Positions 24,774 to 37,200 of a DNA stretch of 64,000 nt are shown here, in pieces (position 1 is the stretch's first letter; every line of letters starts with the position of its first letter). The notes below the pieces were generated by a model. It had not been told where the DNA came from and did not search any database. It worked only from the letters and a program-made list of their open reading frames with translations. The position numbers and the translations under genes were made by a program. This stretch comes from Marsupella aquatica (lineage: Eukaryota; Plantae; Marchantiophyta): NCBI GenBank assembly GCA_973895155.1, contig OZ316894.1, positions 19,072,805-19,136,804 on the forward strand. Reading direction: 5' to 3'.

Positions 24774-25096
24774 TACCTGGTTGATCCTGCGCGTAGTCAT
24801 ATGCTTCTCTCAAAGATTAAGCCATGTATGTGTTAGTAACTCTTTTGTATTGTGGATCTGCAATTGGCTCATTAAATCAGTTATAGTTTCTTTGATGGTA
24901 CCTTACTACTTGGATAACCATAGTAATTCTAGAACTACTACATGCACCAACTCCCAACTTCTGGAAGGGACGTATTTATTAGATAAAAGGCCGATGAGGG
25001 CTTGCTCGGTGTTGCGGTGAATCATGATAACTCATCAAAATTGCATGGCCTTAGAGCTGGCGATGTTTCATTTAAATTTCTGCCATATCAACTTTC
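24774..25096 (+). pseudogene. 18S rRNA pseudogene fragment, first ~323 nt
   Basis: TACCTGGTTGATCCTGC..AGTCATATGCTT.TCTCAAAGATTAAGCCATG..GGCTCATTAAATCAGTTATAG..TATTTATTAGATAAAA..TATCAACTTTC. It is truncated and has many CpG>TpG/CpA changes relative to the universal consensus (AACCaTAGT, TACaTGCAC, CCCaACTT, ACTTTCa). Confidence 0.95.
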
Positions 25097-25124
25097 AATT
25101 TAGTCTGGATTGAAAAACAGTAAA

Positions 25125-25159
25125 AAAATGGATTGAAGGATAATGATGACTATATTTTA
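25125..25159 (+). repeat. 35-bp direct repeat, right copy (candidate target-site duplication)
   Basis: Identical to 23984-24018, with weaker similarity extending ~12 bp further 5' in both copies. Confidence 0.92.
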
Positions 25160-25227
25160 GGTTTTGCTAGTCAGATTTAGTGTGGCCACACATCAGAGTT
25201 CTCCACTGTAGTGAGGAGCTAGAACCC

Positions 25228-25245
25228 CCCTAAACCCTAAACCCT
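25228..25245 (-). repeat. Short interstitial plant telomere-type repeat, (CCCTAAA) x2.5
   Basis: CCCTAAACCCTAAACCCT read directly. Confidence 0.6.
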
Positions 25246-27409
25246 TATTGTAAATCTCAAAGTAAAACACAAATGGGGCTAACAGTCTCAGACTTAAGTT
25301 ATGGACTGAACAGGGACCGGAGTCCAGAACTCAACCACCCAGCGGCACCTGCACCGAACAAGGCCGGTGAAGAAGAACAAAGAAAATGGGGCTAATTAGT
25401 AAGCACCATGAAAAGTAGATAAGCCCATGAGTGCATAACCTTCTTGGGTGTTTTATTGTTATGTGGTTATAGTCATGCACCTCTAAGTATTCCACTGCTG
25501 AAAAGGAGTTGGGCCTGATAGATAACCCAACAAACCTTAGGGTTTACAGTTTAGGGAAAGAAAGAAATGACATTTCCAAGAAATTTTGTTAAAGGTTGGC
25601 TTCAGGTTGAGTAGTCTGTGCTACAACCTTGAATTATTGCCCAAATTAGAGGTTTTGTCCTCATTGATCTTCATCAGGGTTTAATTGAATAGATGTTTCT
25701 TAATCTCCCAGGATTTATAGAGTTCAAGATGGCTGTCACACCCAATGCCTGCTTTGAGTGCAGGAAGAGAGGTAGCAATCAGTCTTAAGGAATGCAAGAC
25801 TTAGACATATATATGTGACACTTTGTACTCTCTTAATTGTTCTCGAGTAGGAATCTGTTGTGGATTTTGGGACCAATAGAAGAGCCTCGTCTGCAGCTCT
25901 TATGCCAACCTTAGTCACGGTAATTGATAAGGAAAACAAGGGAGATGAAACATTTTTCTGGGTTACAATTCAGACAAGCAATCAGGGCTCTCTCAACATT
26001 GGGTAAGCTTCCTTGACTCCCAGGTGATTTGGAGGAGCCGTGGACTATCCGTGGCAGAGTTGGTCCTTGATCTCCCAGTACTTGCTTTTTGGAAGGTGCT
26101 CTGTGCAGGATTGTTTTACTGATTCATGTGCTGTCCAGCATGATGTGAATGATGACAAGTGGAAGGCCTTTCTTTGGGGGCCTCATTCCAAGGGAGTTTC
26201 CACATCATGCACAAAGTTTTCAAGTAATAAACACCCAAAAACTTAAGAAGACAAAGTATTTTAAAACTATTTTTTAACCCCTAACTTTATGGGATATTGT
26301 CAAATTTGGTATTAAAAACCCCTATAGTTCTTATAGTTCTCAAAATTGGATTAAAACATCCTCAATGTTCTTCAACAAATTTTTTACAGTGTTCCGCCCA
26401 CTTGAATTAAAGAACCCCTAACTTATTCGTGCGTGATGGGTTGGAATAAAAGAAGTGAGGACCCCGGGGGGCTGTCAAGGACACTTTGAAACAATGTTCT
26501 ACAATTGCCCATGGCTTCATAGACCATAGTGGACTCAACCTGCACACCTTGCGATGGGCACTAGTTTGAACAAGGCTGCAGGCTACTTGTTCTTTGGCAA
26601 GATTGATACTGCTATATATGTAACCCCGAAAGACAACCCTAGCTTCCTCCTTGTCATTCACTTTGAGATAGTTACATTTTGATTGGAAGACAATAACGCA
26701 TGTTTCAAGCTAACACTACCTGAATCCCTCTCCGACTCATTCCCCATGGAAAGGCTAAGTATGAACATTCATGCTACTCTGTGTGGCGAGCTGTGTGGAA
26801 GGGTATGAGCTTGAGCTGATATTGACTGATATCACTGAGCAACATATGACAGACCAAGCCACTAGGAGAACAAATCACCCAACAATTGTAGTCAACTGTT
26901 GTTTGAGAGTAGCTATTGACAGGCCCGACATCATCTCCTTGTTAGTGGGGTGTCGGTTCCCCGGCCGGTTCTCCCCCTTCAGAAAGGGTGGGACTCTTTG
27001 CATTATCTTCAGGTTAATTTTTGGGCTCATGTTGTGTTGAGGTAGTTGCCATTGTTCCTCTAACAGGCAAAGGACATTAATGTTTGATCTTGGTCACCCA
27101 GCCTGGGTGGTGCCTAGGGTGTACTGTTTGGTTGTTGTGTGCCTTGGCCTGTGGGTCTATTTTTACTTTGCTCCTGTGGTATTTTGCTGCAGCTGTTTAA
27201 AACACAGTTGGAGCACTGTTGCTGTTTTGGAAAAAAGGCTGGGCATCAGCTTTTCTCATAGAGTAAATAATTTGGTTGCATAATGGCAAGAAATCCAGAC
27301 CATGACTTTTCATTCTCAAGTTTTGCCTACTTGTCCTCATGGGCACAGGTAATCATTGGAAGAAAGATGTTCAAAGTGGGAAGCCAATTGCAGTTGACTC
27401 AAGAAGTGT

Positions 27410-27700
27410 GCTCTGTGTGGGGAGAAATCTGATCAGGAAAACACTCAAGCCATGCACTTATGATTACTCAGTTGTAATGTAGTTCACCTCACAGTTGGCT
27501 ACGTCCAAGGGAATGACAAAGCTTTAGTAGTGGTCATGTGTCTACATAGAAGCATCACCATGCTCTTCCTCTTCAAGCTCTCATCTCTTGATATGTGTTA
27601 TGAGTTTTCACTTGAGCACTCACAAGTGTGTGTTCACATCATTGAGAACAAGGAGAAGATAAGGAAGAATCTCTTCAACTAGGTACGTTAGAGCAAACCA
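27410..27700 (-). mobile_element. LTR-like fragment, minus orientation
   Basis: 27481-27511 reverse-complements to CCCTTGGACGTAGCC..GAGGTGAACT, the same motif as at ~22129. Boundaries are approximate. Confidence 0.35.
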
Positions 27701-28452
27701 TAGTTTATCCCGAGACTGAGTTAAACTCTACACTCTGGGTGTGGACTTAGTAATACTTTGAGCAAAGTTGCAACAACAAATGAGGTGCGTCGCAAGTTCA
27801 ATCCCTCTGAGTGTCCCTCCTGCAATGGGTCCTGTTCCAGCCTATTAAAGTAGTTTATAGCCATTTTGGACATGTGCATTGTGTGTAATGTCATAGCTCT
27901 TGTGGTAATTCTAAGGTTGCCCGCCTCCAAGCCAATTGTGTAGCTTGCTCCTGTGTGAGTTCCCCTTAAAAAAACTAATGAGATTCAGGTCCTACTGAAG
28001 CCACTTGAGAAGGAACACATAAACATTTGGCAACAACTCCTTACTTTTATATGAGAATGTGTAGTGCCCACTTTCATATTAGAGCATGGCCTCAATTTGG
28101 CATGTTTTGGGTAACAATTTGTCTTAGATTATATTTTAGACCATGCAGACCAGGCCATGGAGCACTACTTTTTGCTTTGAAGTTGGGGGCTTTCATGGAC
28201 TTTCTTTAAGGTGGCACAAAGAGATAGACAATGAATAAGTACTAGCACATAACCTTAACACACAAAAGAATATCTCAAGAGCTATGATAACTCAGAAAAC
28301 ATAATAACCTTAAACTGCATTCTTGCAGCCAAAATTATATATATACCTGAACAACCTCATATTCAGAATAGTTGGGGGGTTACTCGAGAGAGTGGTTCCA
28401 ATCAAACACCCCTTGTGACCAGTATCACCCATGAGACAAAAGGGGGCTATAC

Positions 28453-28454
<2 letters not shown>

Positions 28455-28498
<44 letters not shown>
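28455..28498. repeat. (AG)22 microsatellite within a GA-rich degenerate array extending to ~28900
   Basis: Read directly. Flanking units resemble ACCCATGA(G/A)ACAAAAGG..GAGAGA. Confidence 0.95.
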
Positions 28499-28500
<2 letters not shown>

Positions 28501-31500
28501 TTAAAAGAAAAAGGTGTGACACAAGTGTATTAACATACAAACTCTGTATTAACCATACAAGTGTATTAACCATAAGACAACAGGAGGAGAACGGGAGAGA
28601 GAGAGAGGGGAAAGTTACCCATGAAACAAAAGGAGGAGAAAGAGAGAGAGAGCGGGAAGTATTACCCATGAAACAAAAGGAAGGGAGAGACTTAAAAGGA
28701 AAAGGGTGCGAGACAGGAATGAATACCCATAATACCCAAGGACGAGAGAGACTCAAACGAAAGAGTGAGAGACAAGAGTACTCATAAGACAAAAGCATGA
28801 GAGAGACAAAAGAGACAAAAGAGAAAAGGTGAGAGACGAGAGTGTTATCCCTAAGACAAAAGGAGGAGCGAGAGACAAGGGAAATAGGGAGAGTAAGAAG
28901 AAGCGTCAATATTCTGTAGCGACTCCCTACAAATGATACTTTGACCTAAAGCTACATCCGACAAACCGAGGTCAGATAAGTTGCAATTGCATTCCATACT
29001 TCATGATTACTTCTACTGTTCCTCAATAAAATATTAATCCATCCTCAATGGGCTTTTGTTCCTTTGCCGAGGTGGGGGACCCCGGGGCTTTTTGGTCTCC
29101 TTGGGTTTTCCCCTTGTTATCTGCCCTTCAAAAGGGTATCTCAAATCATCTGGTCAGTGAATTTTTTAAGCCACCCGAATGCTATGGGCCAGGTCATTGA
29201 TCAAATCTGTGTCCTTCGCAACAAGGCCTATCTCCACTAACTCGTGGAGTCAGTGCACTGACATCCTCATGAAAAGTTTGTGCAATTGCAATTGTCGACT
29301 CCATCCAGAAAAATGTTCAGATTGGAGAGTTTGATAATTTGATAGTGTTCAGTTAATCTGCGAGCAGGTGTTGTACCAATAAGTCCTTGGATTGAAGTCT
29401 CCCCAAATTTGGATTTTGGTCAGGGCTCTCGTGGAAATTTCCTGCAGTGGCTGACAAAAAGGGGGGGATAGCAGGTTTGAGACATCCAAGTGGGTCCCTC
29501 GCCTTTGGGGTCTTCTCTCCAGGTTTGACACTTTTTCTTTGGCAGTGATATTATTTATTGTTTGTGAGAAGACGTATTCAGTCAATAGGCATACTCAAAC
29601 GTCCCTCAAACGTCCCTCAAACGTCCAACATATAGAAAAAACAAAAAATCTAAAAGAGCAGACAAAGATTTGTGCAACTCGTCTGGACCTTAGTGAAACC
29701 CTCCATTTTCGCCCAGACAATACATATTACACACGAGAGTAAAATATGATAAAAAACCAAGACAGCCAACTTTGGAAACTTGTGGCTCTCTTAATGAAAG
29801 TTGGTGATATTAGTATCATTGAAAATATCTTTCCAAGTTGTTTCTAACGAGGCCCATAAGAACCAATCTGGTTGCATAGCAGTACAGCAACAAATAAATT
29901 GATGGCAGAAATTTGGGGGTCGAAGTTTTTGGAATAGGGAAGAGTGTCAAATGAATGAGGGTATAGGGGAGTCAGGGTCCATTCTGGCTCCATCATACAT
30001 CCCTGTTTGGCATTTTTTGTTATATGACAAGGTAATATATAAAAAGAGGACTTTGAGTCCAAAATAATTTACCGTCATGGCCACTCATGGCTGCCTTTGA
30101 GATCATTGTTGAGCGGTTGGCTGACCACTGCTCCCCACCAGCTTGATAGATAGACGCTACGTTTTTCCTAGCTGAAAAAACAATTCCATGAAAGTGATGT
30201 GATGACCCTTCCTCTCGATATCGTATGTTGATGTGTTGATGAGAACGAGGTGGTCCACATTGAGTATTTAGAGACCTTCCTTATTACTTCGAAGTAGTTG
30301 ACTGAAATATTCTTCCTCATCATTGAGTCACTATGGATTCGTCAGCGTGCTGTTGTCATTTGGGCAGGTCAATGAGAAATTTCCTACCAAATATATTAGA
30401 ATTGCTCAGACAATAATGGCACAGATTACATTTAAAATACAAGAATATAAAACCAGGAGTTTTTCTGCTGCAATCCAGTTCAAATGAGATTTCCCCTTTA
30501 AAGTAAGAAGAATAATCATGGGAAAGAAGGAAGCCATCTGAAGTTCCATACCCTGATACCCCCGTTATCCAAATGATTATCTCCATTATAGTAATTTAAA
30601 TAATGTAAAACCACACACGCTTTGCAAAGATCTTTGCTATAACTTTACTGTATTCAATTTTCATAAATGTGGGGCATTAATTAACACCCATGTTGGGCCA
30701 CGTGGAGCACTTGGCCAGGTAATAGGCATGCAGCATACCACTTGGATCGCGAGCCATGAGCCACATGAGTAAACTTCATGATTGTGATCATCTTTGTATG
30801 AGTGTGTGTATTTGAGAAATGTTTTTTTGGGGGGATGGGGGGCTTTAGCAGAATAATCAAACTCAGAGTACTTCTTTCTTAGATCAAAACAAATGGGCCA
30901 GTCTAAATATTCGTTTCCAGGTGGATGATGAATGAAAGGGTTAACGTCTCCCAAACTACCCGATGTTATTAAAGTGCTTTTCAAACAAAATTGTGTATCA
31001 ACCAGTCTCTCATTTTGTATTAGTATTAATTAGTAGAAGTGTTTCCATTGTTTAGGTTCATTGTTATGGAAACAGTAGGAGATAGGAAGAGCTTGTCTTA
31101 TGGAGGACTCAATATGGCGATGCACTTAGAGTTCAATAGAGCTTTCTCATATGTTCCTAAGAACATAATTTTTGGTGAGATGAACCACGAATCTCTTCTT
31201 TCGACTACTTCTGCATGTTGTCTTATGAATAATGGTTGGTTGTTTTACTCAACAAAACGTACAAAACTTGCATGGAAAGGAAATGAGAAAGGAAAGGAAA
31301 GGAGATCTCAGGACCAGGGTTAAGTAATATGGAATTTAACCAAATTTTGCTACTAAAAATTACTCTAGTGGACTCTCGACTACCATGCTATCATTGACCT
31401 GCATTGCATTGCATTGCATGGGGCCTATGATTACCAATACTAAAAGTGTGGGTTCTAGGATAAAGAAGAGACCAGCTTTTTTTTTAAGGATTTTACTTTT

Positions 31501-32470
31501 TTGCCAGAGTGGCTAATGTACAATGTCTCAAGGAGAAGATGCTCAGAAGATTCCCTATTCAATTATTGTCCTGACCATCAGATCTTCCTAGATTTTAGGC
31601 TGACCATTAGATTCTGGTTAAAGGGGCCTGGGATTAGGTGAAACACTGGCTAATGAGACAGCAAAATAATAGGCAATTTTTGCCAAAAGTGGCTAAGAAT
31701 TTTTGGAGAGATGGAATTTGGCAAAGTTTTGCCACTAAAACATACACTGGAAGAGACGTTGTGGATGCACATACCTAAAATTGAATGTTTAAGGCCTTGT
31801 TAATACCATGTGGCGATGTCAGGACACTATAATGTATGCCCCCTTGACCAGGGTTACGTCACCTAATTCTAGCCAAAATTGGCGGTGAGTGTAATTTTGA
31901 CTAATTTTGACTAATTTTGATACTAAAAAATACCCTAGATGGCTCTCGTGTGCCGTGCTTTCTTGACCGCATTGCATTGCATGGGTTCGCTACCCTAAAG
32001 GTAGGAAGCACGCAAGCAGGCAGGGTCTAATTACATAGAGTGCCCATTTGTTGGCCTTCCCTCTATTCTTCCTTTCTGGTGAACAAACATCCTTTGGTCA
32101 AATGATGAATCCATCCTTGGGCCCGGTTTGTCAAACATGGGAAGGCTGTACGCTAAGTACTCTAAAAAAGTAATCTTTGTTTAACTGTTCCAAACCATGC
32201 TTTTCTAGATTGCCAACTTCTCCAATCTTACTCCATCGATGAATTCCAAGATTGCAACACATTCAAAGCAACGTTCCTCCCTCCAAACCACTATTATAAT
32301 GAAGCTCTCTCGTCCATGCTGCCGTGTTGGAGGAGGCGAGGCAATTGGCAGCCCAGCAAGCAAAGCCACCCAACTAACCAACCAACCAACAACCCCCACA
32401 CCAGCTGCAAAGAGGGTCCATAATATCATCACCAAGAAAACAGGGATAGAAAAAGGATTGATGAGTCTTC

Positions 32471-32852
32471 GCTTGCATTGCAGTTGGCAATTGGCAAGTT
32501 TGGCAAGCTTAGCAAGCAATGTTTCTAAGAGATTACTTGGCTTTGCCTCACCCATCTCCTAGATTGCTTGGAAGGTTAATTGGGATGGCTTTGCAAGACT
32601 CTGAGGTACCTGTGACTTTGCTCACCAAGGTGGACCACTTCTTGTTCTAAAGGTAGACATTGCTTGCATTGGAGTTGGCAATTGGCAGATGATGATTTGG
32701 CAAGTTGGCAAGGTTAGCAAGCAACCTTTTTAACAGACTACTCGGTCTTGCCTCACCCATCTCCTACATTGCTTGGAAGGTTGATGGGGTGGCTTTACAA
32801 GGCTTGGGGGTAATTGTGACCTAGTTCACCAAAGCAGACCACATGTTGTTCT
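32471..32852. repeat. Diverged tandem duplication, ~191 bp x2
   Basis: GCTTGCATTG.AGTTGGCAATTGGCA..TTGCCTCACCCATCTCCTA.ATTGCTTGGAAGGTT..GACCAC..TTGTTCTA at 32471 and 32662. Confidence 0.85.
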
Positions 32853-34014
32853 AGAAAAATCCTCCAGCCTCATTTTTTTTGACACACACATTTCAATAAA
32901 TGCAAATCCCTTGAAAGAAGGAGCCACTTCTAGAGATGTTTTAAAATTTTACACAATTTTACTTGGGCCCGCTGCTGGCCATGTAGGGTTGGTAGTAACC
33001 ATACCTAAATGGCCCCCCTAGTTCTTTTTAACTAAGCCAACTGCAATTGTTAGACTCATTATATAGTCCAGGTGTAACCTCAGAGTGAAGGAAAAGGAAG
33101 CAATGAGGCCCTCCCAGGTCTTGTAATGCCACCCTTAGTGTACATACCATTTCTTTTGTGGGTCTGTCTACCAGACTGGCAGTGTTTATTTTAGCTATTT
33201 AATGGCTTTTCCTTTGCTGGGTCCTTTGTTCCTTGTGGTGGCTTTGGACTGTGTGGCTTGCCTTGGTGCTTCCAGCTCTGGAGTTGCTTTTCGTTCTGTT
33301 TAAACCACAACTCACCCTTTTTCAAGTGCTCATTCAAGGATCATGTCTTCTTGCATCGTGACTCTCTGCCAATTGATGCCATGCCTGATCTTGTTTATTG
33401 ATAGGTTTAGGCGATATTGGGCTCAAATGTAGATGTCACCTAGGTTCTCAGCCTCTTGGGCTTTGTACTGTTTTTACTCTAATTTAATCAAGGGTTATCC
33501 TAGCCTGAGCCATTTTGCCAGTTATGGGGCAACCTTGCTTGAGCTCAGTTTCCCTTTTGCTCGGTGTCCCAAAACAGGAAACCCTTTCTTTCCAGCACTT
33601 TCCTTCCATTTCTATTTTCCATGTGGACTAGGTTCTGCCCGTGTGCACCGTTGGACATTTTGGGGGATTTAAGTTTTATTTTTTGGTACCTTGGAGTTTA
33701 TACTTTTATTCCAGGAAAAATGCAACGCCTAATGTTTAAAAATAAAGCACACATGGAAAAGTCAATGTTCACATCAAGATGCTTGGAATATGCTTGAAAT
33801 TAACATAGGGTATAATCTAGTTGGCCCACTTTATAACCAAAACCTCTACTAAAGGCACTTAAAGAAATCTATGTTTGGCAAAGATTCAGGTTTTTTGGGG
33901 GCATTTTTACAAATGAGTGAATCATGTTTTTTCAAAATTTATTGTTACATTTGTTTGTGTTTTAGAGTGTTGTAGACTAAGTGATTCACAAGGGAGTAGC
34001 TTGGAAAGCATGCA

Positions 34015-34016
<2 letters not shown>

Positions 34017-34046
<30 letters not shown>
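34017..34046. repeat. (TC)15 microsatellite
   Basis: Read directly. Confidence 0.95.
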
Positions 34047-34052
<6 letters not shown>

Positions 34053-34350
34053 TCATGCAAAGTAGTGAATACTGGCATCCTCTGTCTACGCTCGCTCCGG
34101 CTCCAAAAGAGGCAAGTGGTTGCATCTGATCTGCGCATCGATGGTGGTCACTTACATATGATGTAGCCAACTGCAAACCCATCACCTGTCAAAATTATAG
34201 TGCAATGTCATGTCATAAATAATAAATCTGTCTTTTGATTTTAAGTTGAAACAAAAAAAATGCATACACTGCTACACCCTTGTTTTTCCATGAATATTGA
34301 ATTGCATTGTAAAACTTTTTCCGAGTTGCACAACCTGAATAACTAATTCT

Positions 34351-34535
34351 TTTGTTCCAGGGACTGACATTCCCAACAATTATATTACAGTGCAAAAGAA
34401 CGAAAACAATTATTTGTTCCAGGGGCTGACATTCCCAACAATTATGTTGCAGTGCAAAAGAACAAAAACAATTATTTGTTCCAGGGACTGACACTCCAAA
34501 CAATAATATTACAGTGCAAAGTAACAAAACAATTA
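34351..34535. repeat. Tandem repeat, 62 bp x3
   Basis: TTTGTTCCAGGG(A/G)CTGACA..CAGTGCAAA at 34351, 34413 and 34475. Confidence 0.92.
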
Positions 34536-34885
34536 CTTATGGTTTCCTTATAGGCCCTACCTACTCTGGGTGGACGGATGAGTGAAGGGCAGGGGATTTT
34601 TTAATGGCAAAAATCTGCTAGATTCCACCCTTCTGAGAAGCCTCAGCCACTTTTGACAAAATCATTCTAGATTCTTTTTCCATTGGCCAGTTTCCCACCT
34701 AGTCACAGACCCCATTAACTAAAAGCCAATGACCATCTGTTAATTCAATAGATCTGACAGTAAAACTTAAGCTGACAAAATTACACAAGGAAGACTCTTA
34801 GTATCTTCTCCTCCCACAAGGTGACATTCACCACCCTGGGAAAAAAATACTCTTTGAAATTATGTCTATCCCTACATCCTCTGGG

Positions 34886-35013
34886 CAAACAGATGGGTGA
34901 ACGCGCCTCTGACTGGGTTTGGCTCAGGTAACCGTCACCCAGGTATCCCAGGAATACAAACAGATGGGTGAACGCGCCTCTGACCGGGTTTGGCTCGGTA
35001 ACCGTCACCCAGG
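34886..35013. repeat. Tandem duplication, 71-bp period
   Basis: CAAACAGATGGGTGAACGCGCCTCTGAC.GGGTTTGGCTC..GGTAACCGTCACCCAGG at 34886 and 34957. Confidence 0.92.
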
Positions 35014-35742
35014 AAATAAAGTGGCAGGCTCGCAAATGGGTATTTTAAAACTTGTATCAAAAGTCCTAAACTCATACTTTTGGGGCCAGGGATTCTTTTG
35101 CGGCCCTTCAGGTTTGAGACATCCTAGTGGATGCATGGTTCAAAAATTTGACAAAGAAGCCCGGAGCAGCCCCATGCACATTAGTGAAGCATGGGCATCC
35201 CAGGCAGCAAGGAGCACGCAGCTCAAGTTGATTAATATAAGGCTTAGTCTGGTAAAGGTGACACAGGTATTGGAAATAAAGTGGCAGACTCCAAATAGGT
35301 ACTTTGCCACTCACAACCAATGTTGAAACTCCTATGTTTGGGCCAGGATTATTTGCTGCCTTCTGATTTTAGAAGCCTGCGCAGATCGATGGATTGAACA
35401 TTTGTCTAAGGAGCAAGCAGCAACATTTTTCACTTGCTACCGACGTCCAAACTCATCCTTCCGGGCTGGGATTCTTTTGCGGCCCTTCAGATATGAGACA
35501 CCCCAGTGGATGGATGCATGCATAGATGGATGGATTGAAAGTTTGTTGAAGGAGCGGGCAGACCCTGCCTCAAACCGACGACATTTAGTTTGGTGGAATG
35601 TAGACGGGAATGAACCTGTTTGGACAATGGATGGTACATGCATGTTGCCCAGTGCATCCATCACCCCTCACATGGCTGTTGTTGCTTTGGATGTCGCCGG
35701 AAAAGCGCATGGCTGGCATGTCGGTTTATTAAAGGGCAGGGC

Positions 35743-37200
35743 ATTAGCCTTCCTGATTTTTCAGCTTTGGGTTTTTCAGATTTGGATAACTGCTCTGGAA
35801 GGGTTCTCCTCTACTTAAACCAACATTTGTGAAAATAAAACCTATTAGGGCTCTAAGTTTTGCTAAGTATACTGGGGAGGGCATTCTTTTCTACTTAAAC
35901 CACAACTCCTCATACAAGAGGCTCTGCGTTACCCAGAGGGCTCACTCTAAACTTATTCCCTCCTCGAAAAACGTGAGGTGCTCTTTGCGCCTCCCAGCAG
36001 CCATTGGATTTTGCTCACCTCTGCACCTATTCTCAACCATTAGATGTGATCAAGGGCTCAAACAAAAGATCTTACCAAGATCTACGGATGGTGAAAATTG
36101 CAGCCAAAAATATAAAGTATTGAGGGAGAAAAAAGGAAAACAAATCTCTTCGATCTTATTGGTAGATTTCAAATTCCCCAGATCTGGGCAGTCTATTCCA
36201 ATTTGAACTTCATCCATCCTGGCCATCCATTTTTGTTTGCCTCTCTAGCTATCTGTACGTCCATTTCAGAAGGCAATGTAGGGCTCAAACAAAAGATCTC
36301 AATGAGATCTACAGCTGGGTTTTTTTCTGTTTTCAAAAATGAATAAATATTTTCAAAAATAAAAATAAAAATAAAATTGTTTTTTGCCCAATTGAACTCT
36401 GCCCGTTGCCTTTTGCCTTCCCTGTGTGCAAATGAGTTACTCGTATAATACCCTACAGTGTACAAAAGTGTCTTTTACACCCGTAGTAGTGGTTTAATGG
36501 ATTTGCCTTCCTGATTTTAGGCTTTTGGTTTCTCAGATTTGGATAGATTCTCTAATAAGGCTCTCCTCTACTAAAACCAAAATTTGTGAGAATAAAAATC
36601 TATTAGGCTGGGGAGGGCATTATTATCTACTCAATGGATTAGCCTTCCTGATTTTTTGCTTTGGGTTTTTCAGATTTGGATAGCTTCTCTGGGAAGGTTC
36701 TCCTATACTTAAACCAAAATTTGTGAACATAGAAACCTATTAGGCTTGCCCAGCAAGGCATGGCAGTGTGGTAGCTCACTTGAGTTGAGACTCATTGGTA
36801 GAGGGTTCCAATGTTGTGACTGAATGTTCCCTTGCTATGAGGTTTCACAGATTTCCCCTCAAATTTAATTTTAATAAAAACTAATAGCTTCTAAGATTCT
36901 CTAGGTATATTGGGGAGGACATTCTTATCTACTTAATGGATTGGACCTCCTGATTTTCTACTTAGGTTTTTCAGATTTGGATTTCTTCTCTGGGAAGGTT
37001 CTCTCCTACTTAAACCAAAATTGGTGAAAAATAAAAATGTATTAGGCTTCTAAGTTTCTCTAGGTATATTTTTACCTACTAATTGGATTTAACTTCCTGA
37101 TTTTTTGCTTTAGGTTTATGAGAGTTGGATTGCTTCTCCAGGAAGGTTCTCATGTACTTAAACTAAAATTTGTGGACATAAAACCCTATTAGGCCTCAAT
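35743..37200. repeat. Interrupted array of a ~140-150 bp unit, 5 copies
   Basis: CCTTCCTGATTTT..CAGATTTGGAT..GGTTCTCCTCTACTTAAACCAAAATTTGTG..CTATTAGG at ~35743, 36500, 36638, 36939 and 37086. Confidence 0.85.
36748..36880 (+). mobile_element. Candidate tRNA-derived SINE inserted in a repeat unit
   Basis: It interrupts TATTAGGCTT|CTAAG, which is uninterrupted in the unit at ~37040. It has an A-box-like TGGCAGTGTGG (36761), a B-box-like GGTTCCAATG (36804), an AT/A-rich tail, and diverged flanking repeats AAACCTATTAGGCTT / AAAACTAATAGCTT. Confidence 0.55.

Noticed and set aside
24218-25020. Long overlapping ORFs (184 and 193 aa) on both strands
   Set aside because: They are artefacts of GC-rich ETS/18S sequence.
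24774-25096. Functional 18S rRNA gene or rDNA array
   Set aside because: It is truncated at ~323 nt, has substitutions at universally conserved positions, and has no ITS, 5.8S or 26S downstream.
28310-28909. 199-aa and 118-aa ORFs
   Set aside because: They are translations of (AG)n and GA-rich degenerate repeats.
32205-32562. Membrane-protein-like 116-aa ORF
   Set aside because: It starts inside a tandem duplication, is low in complexity, and has no recognisable domain or splice support.
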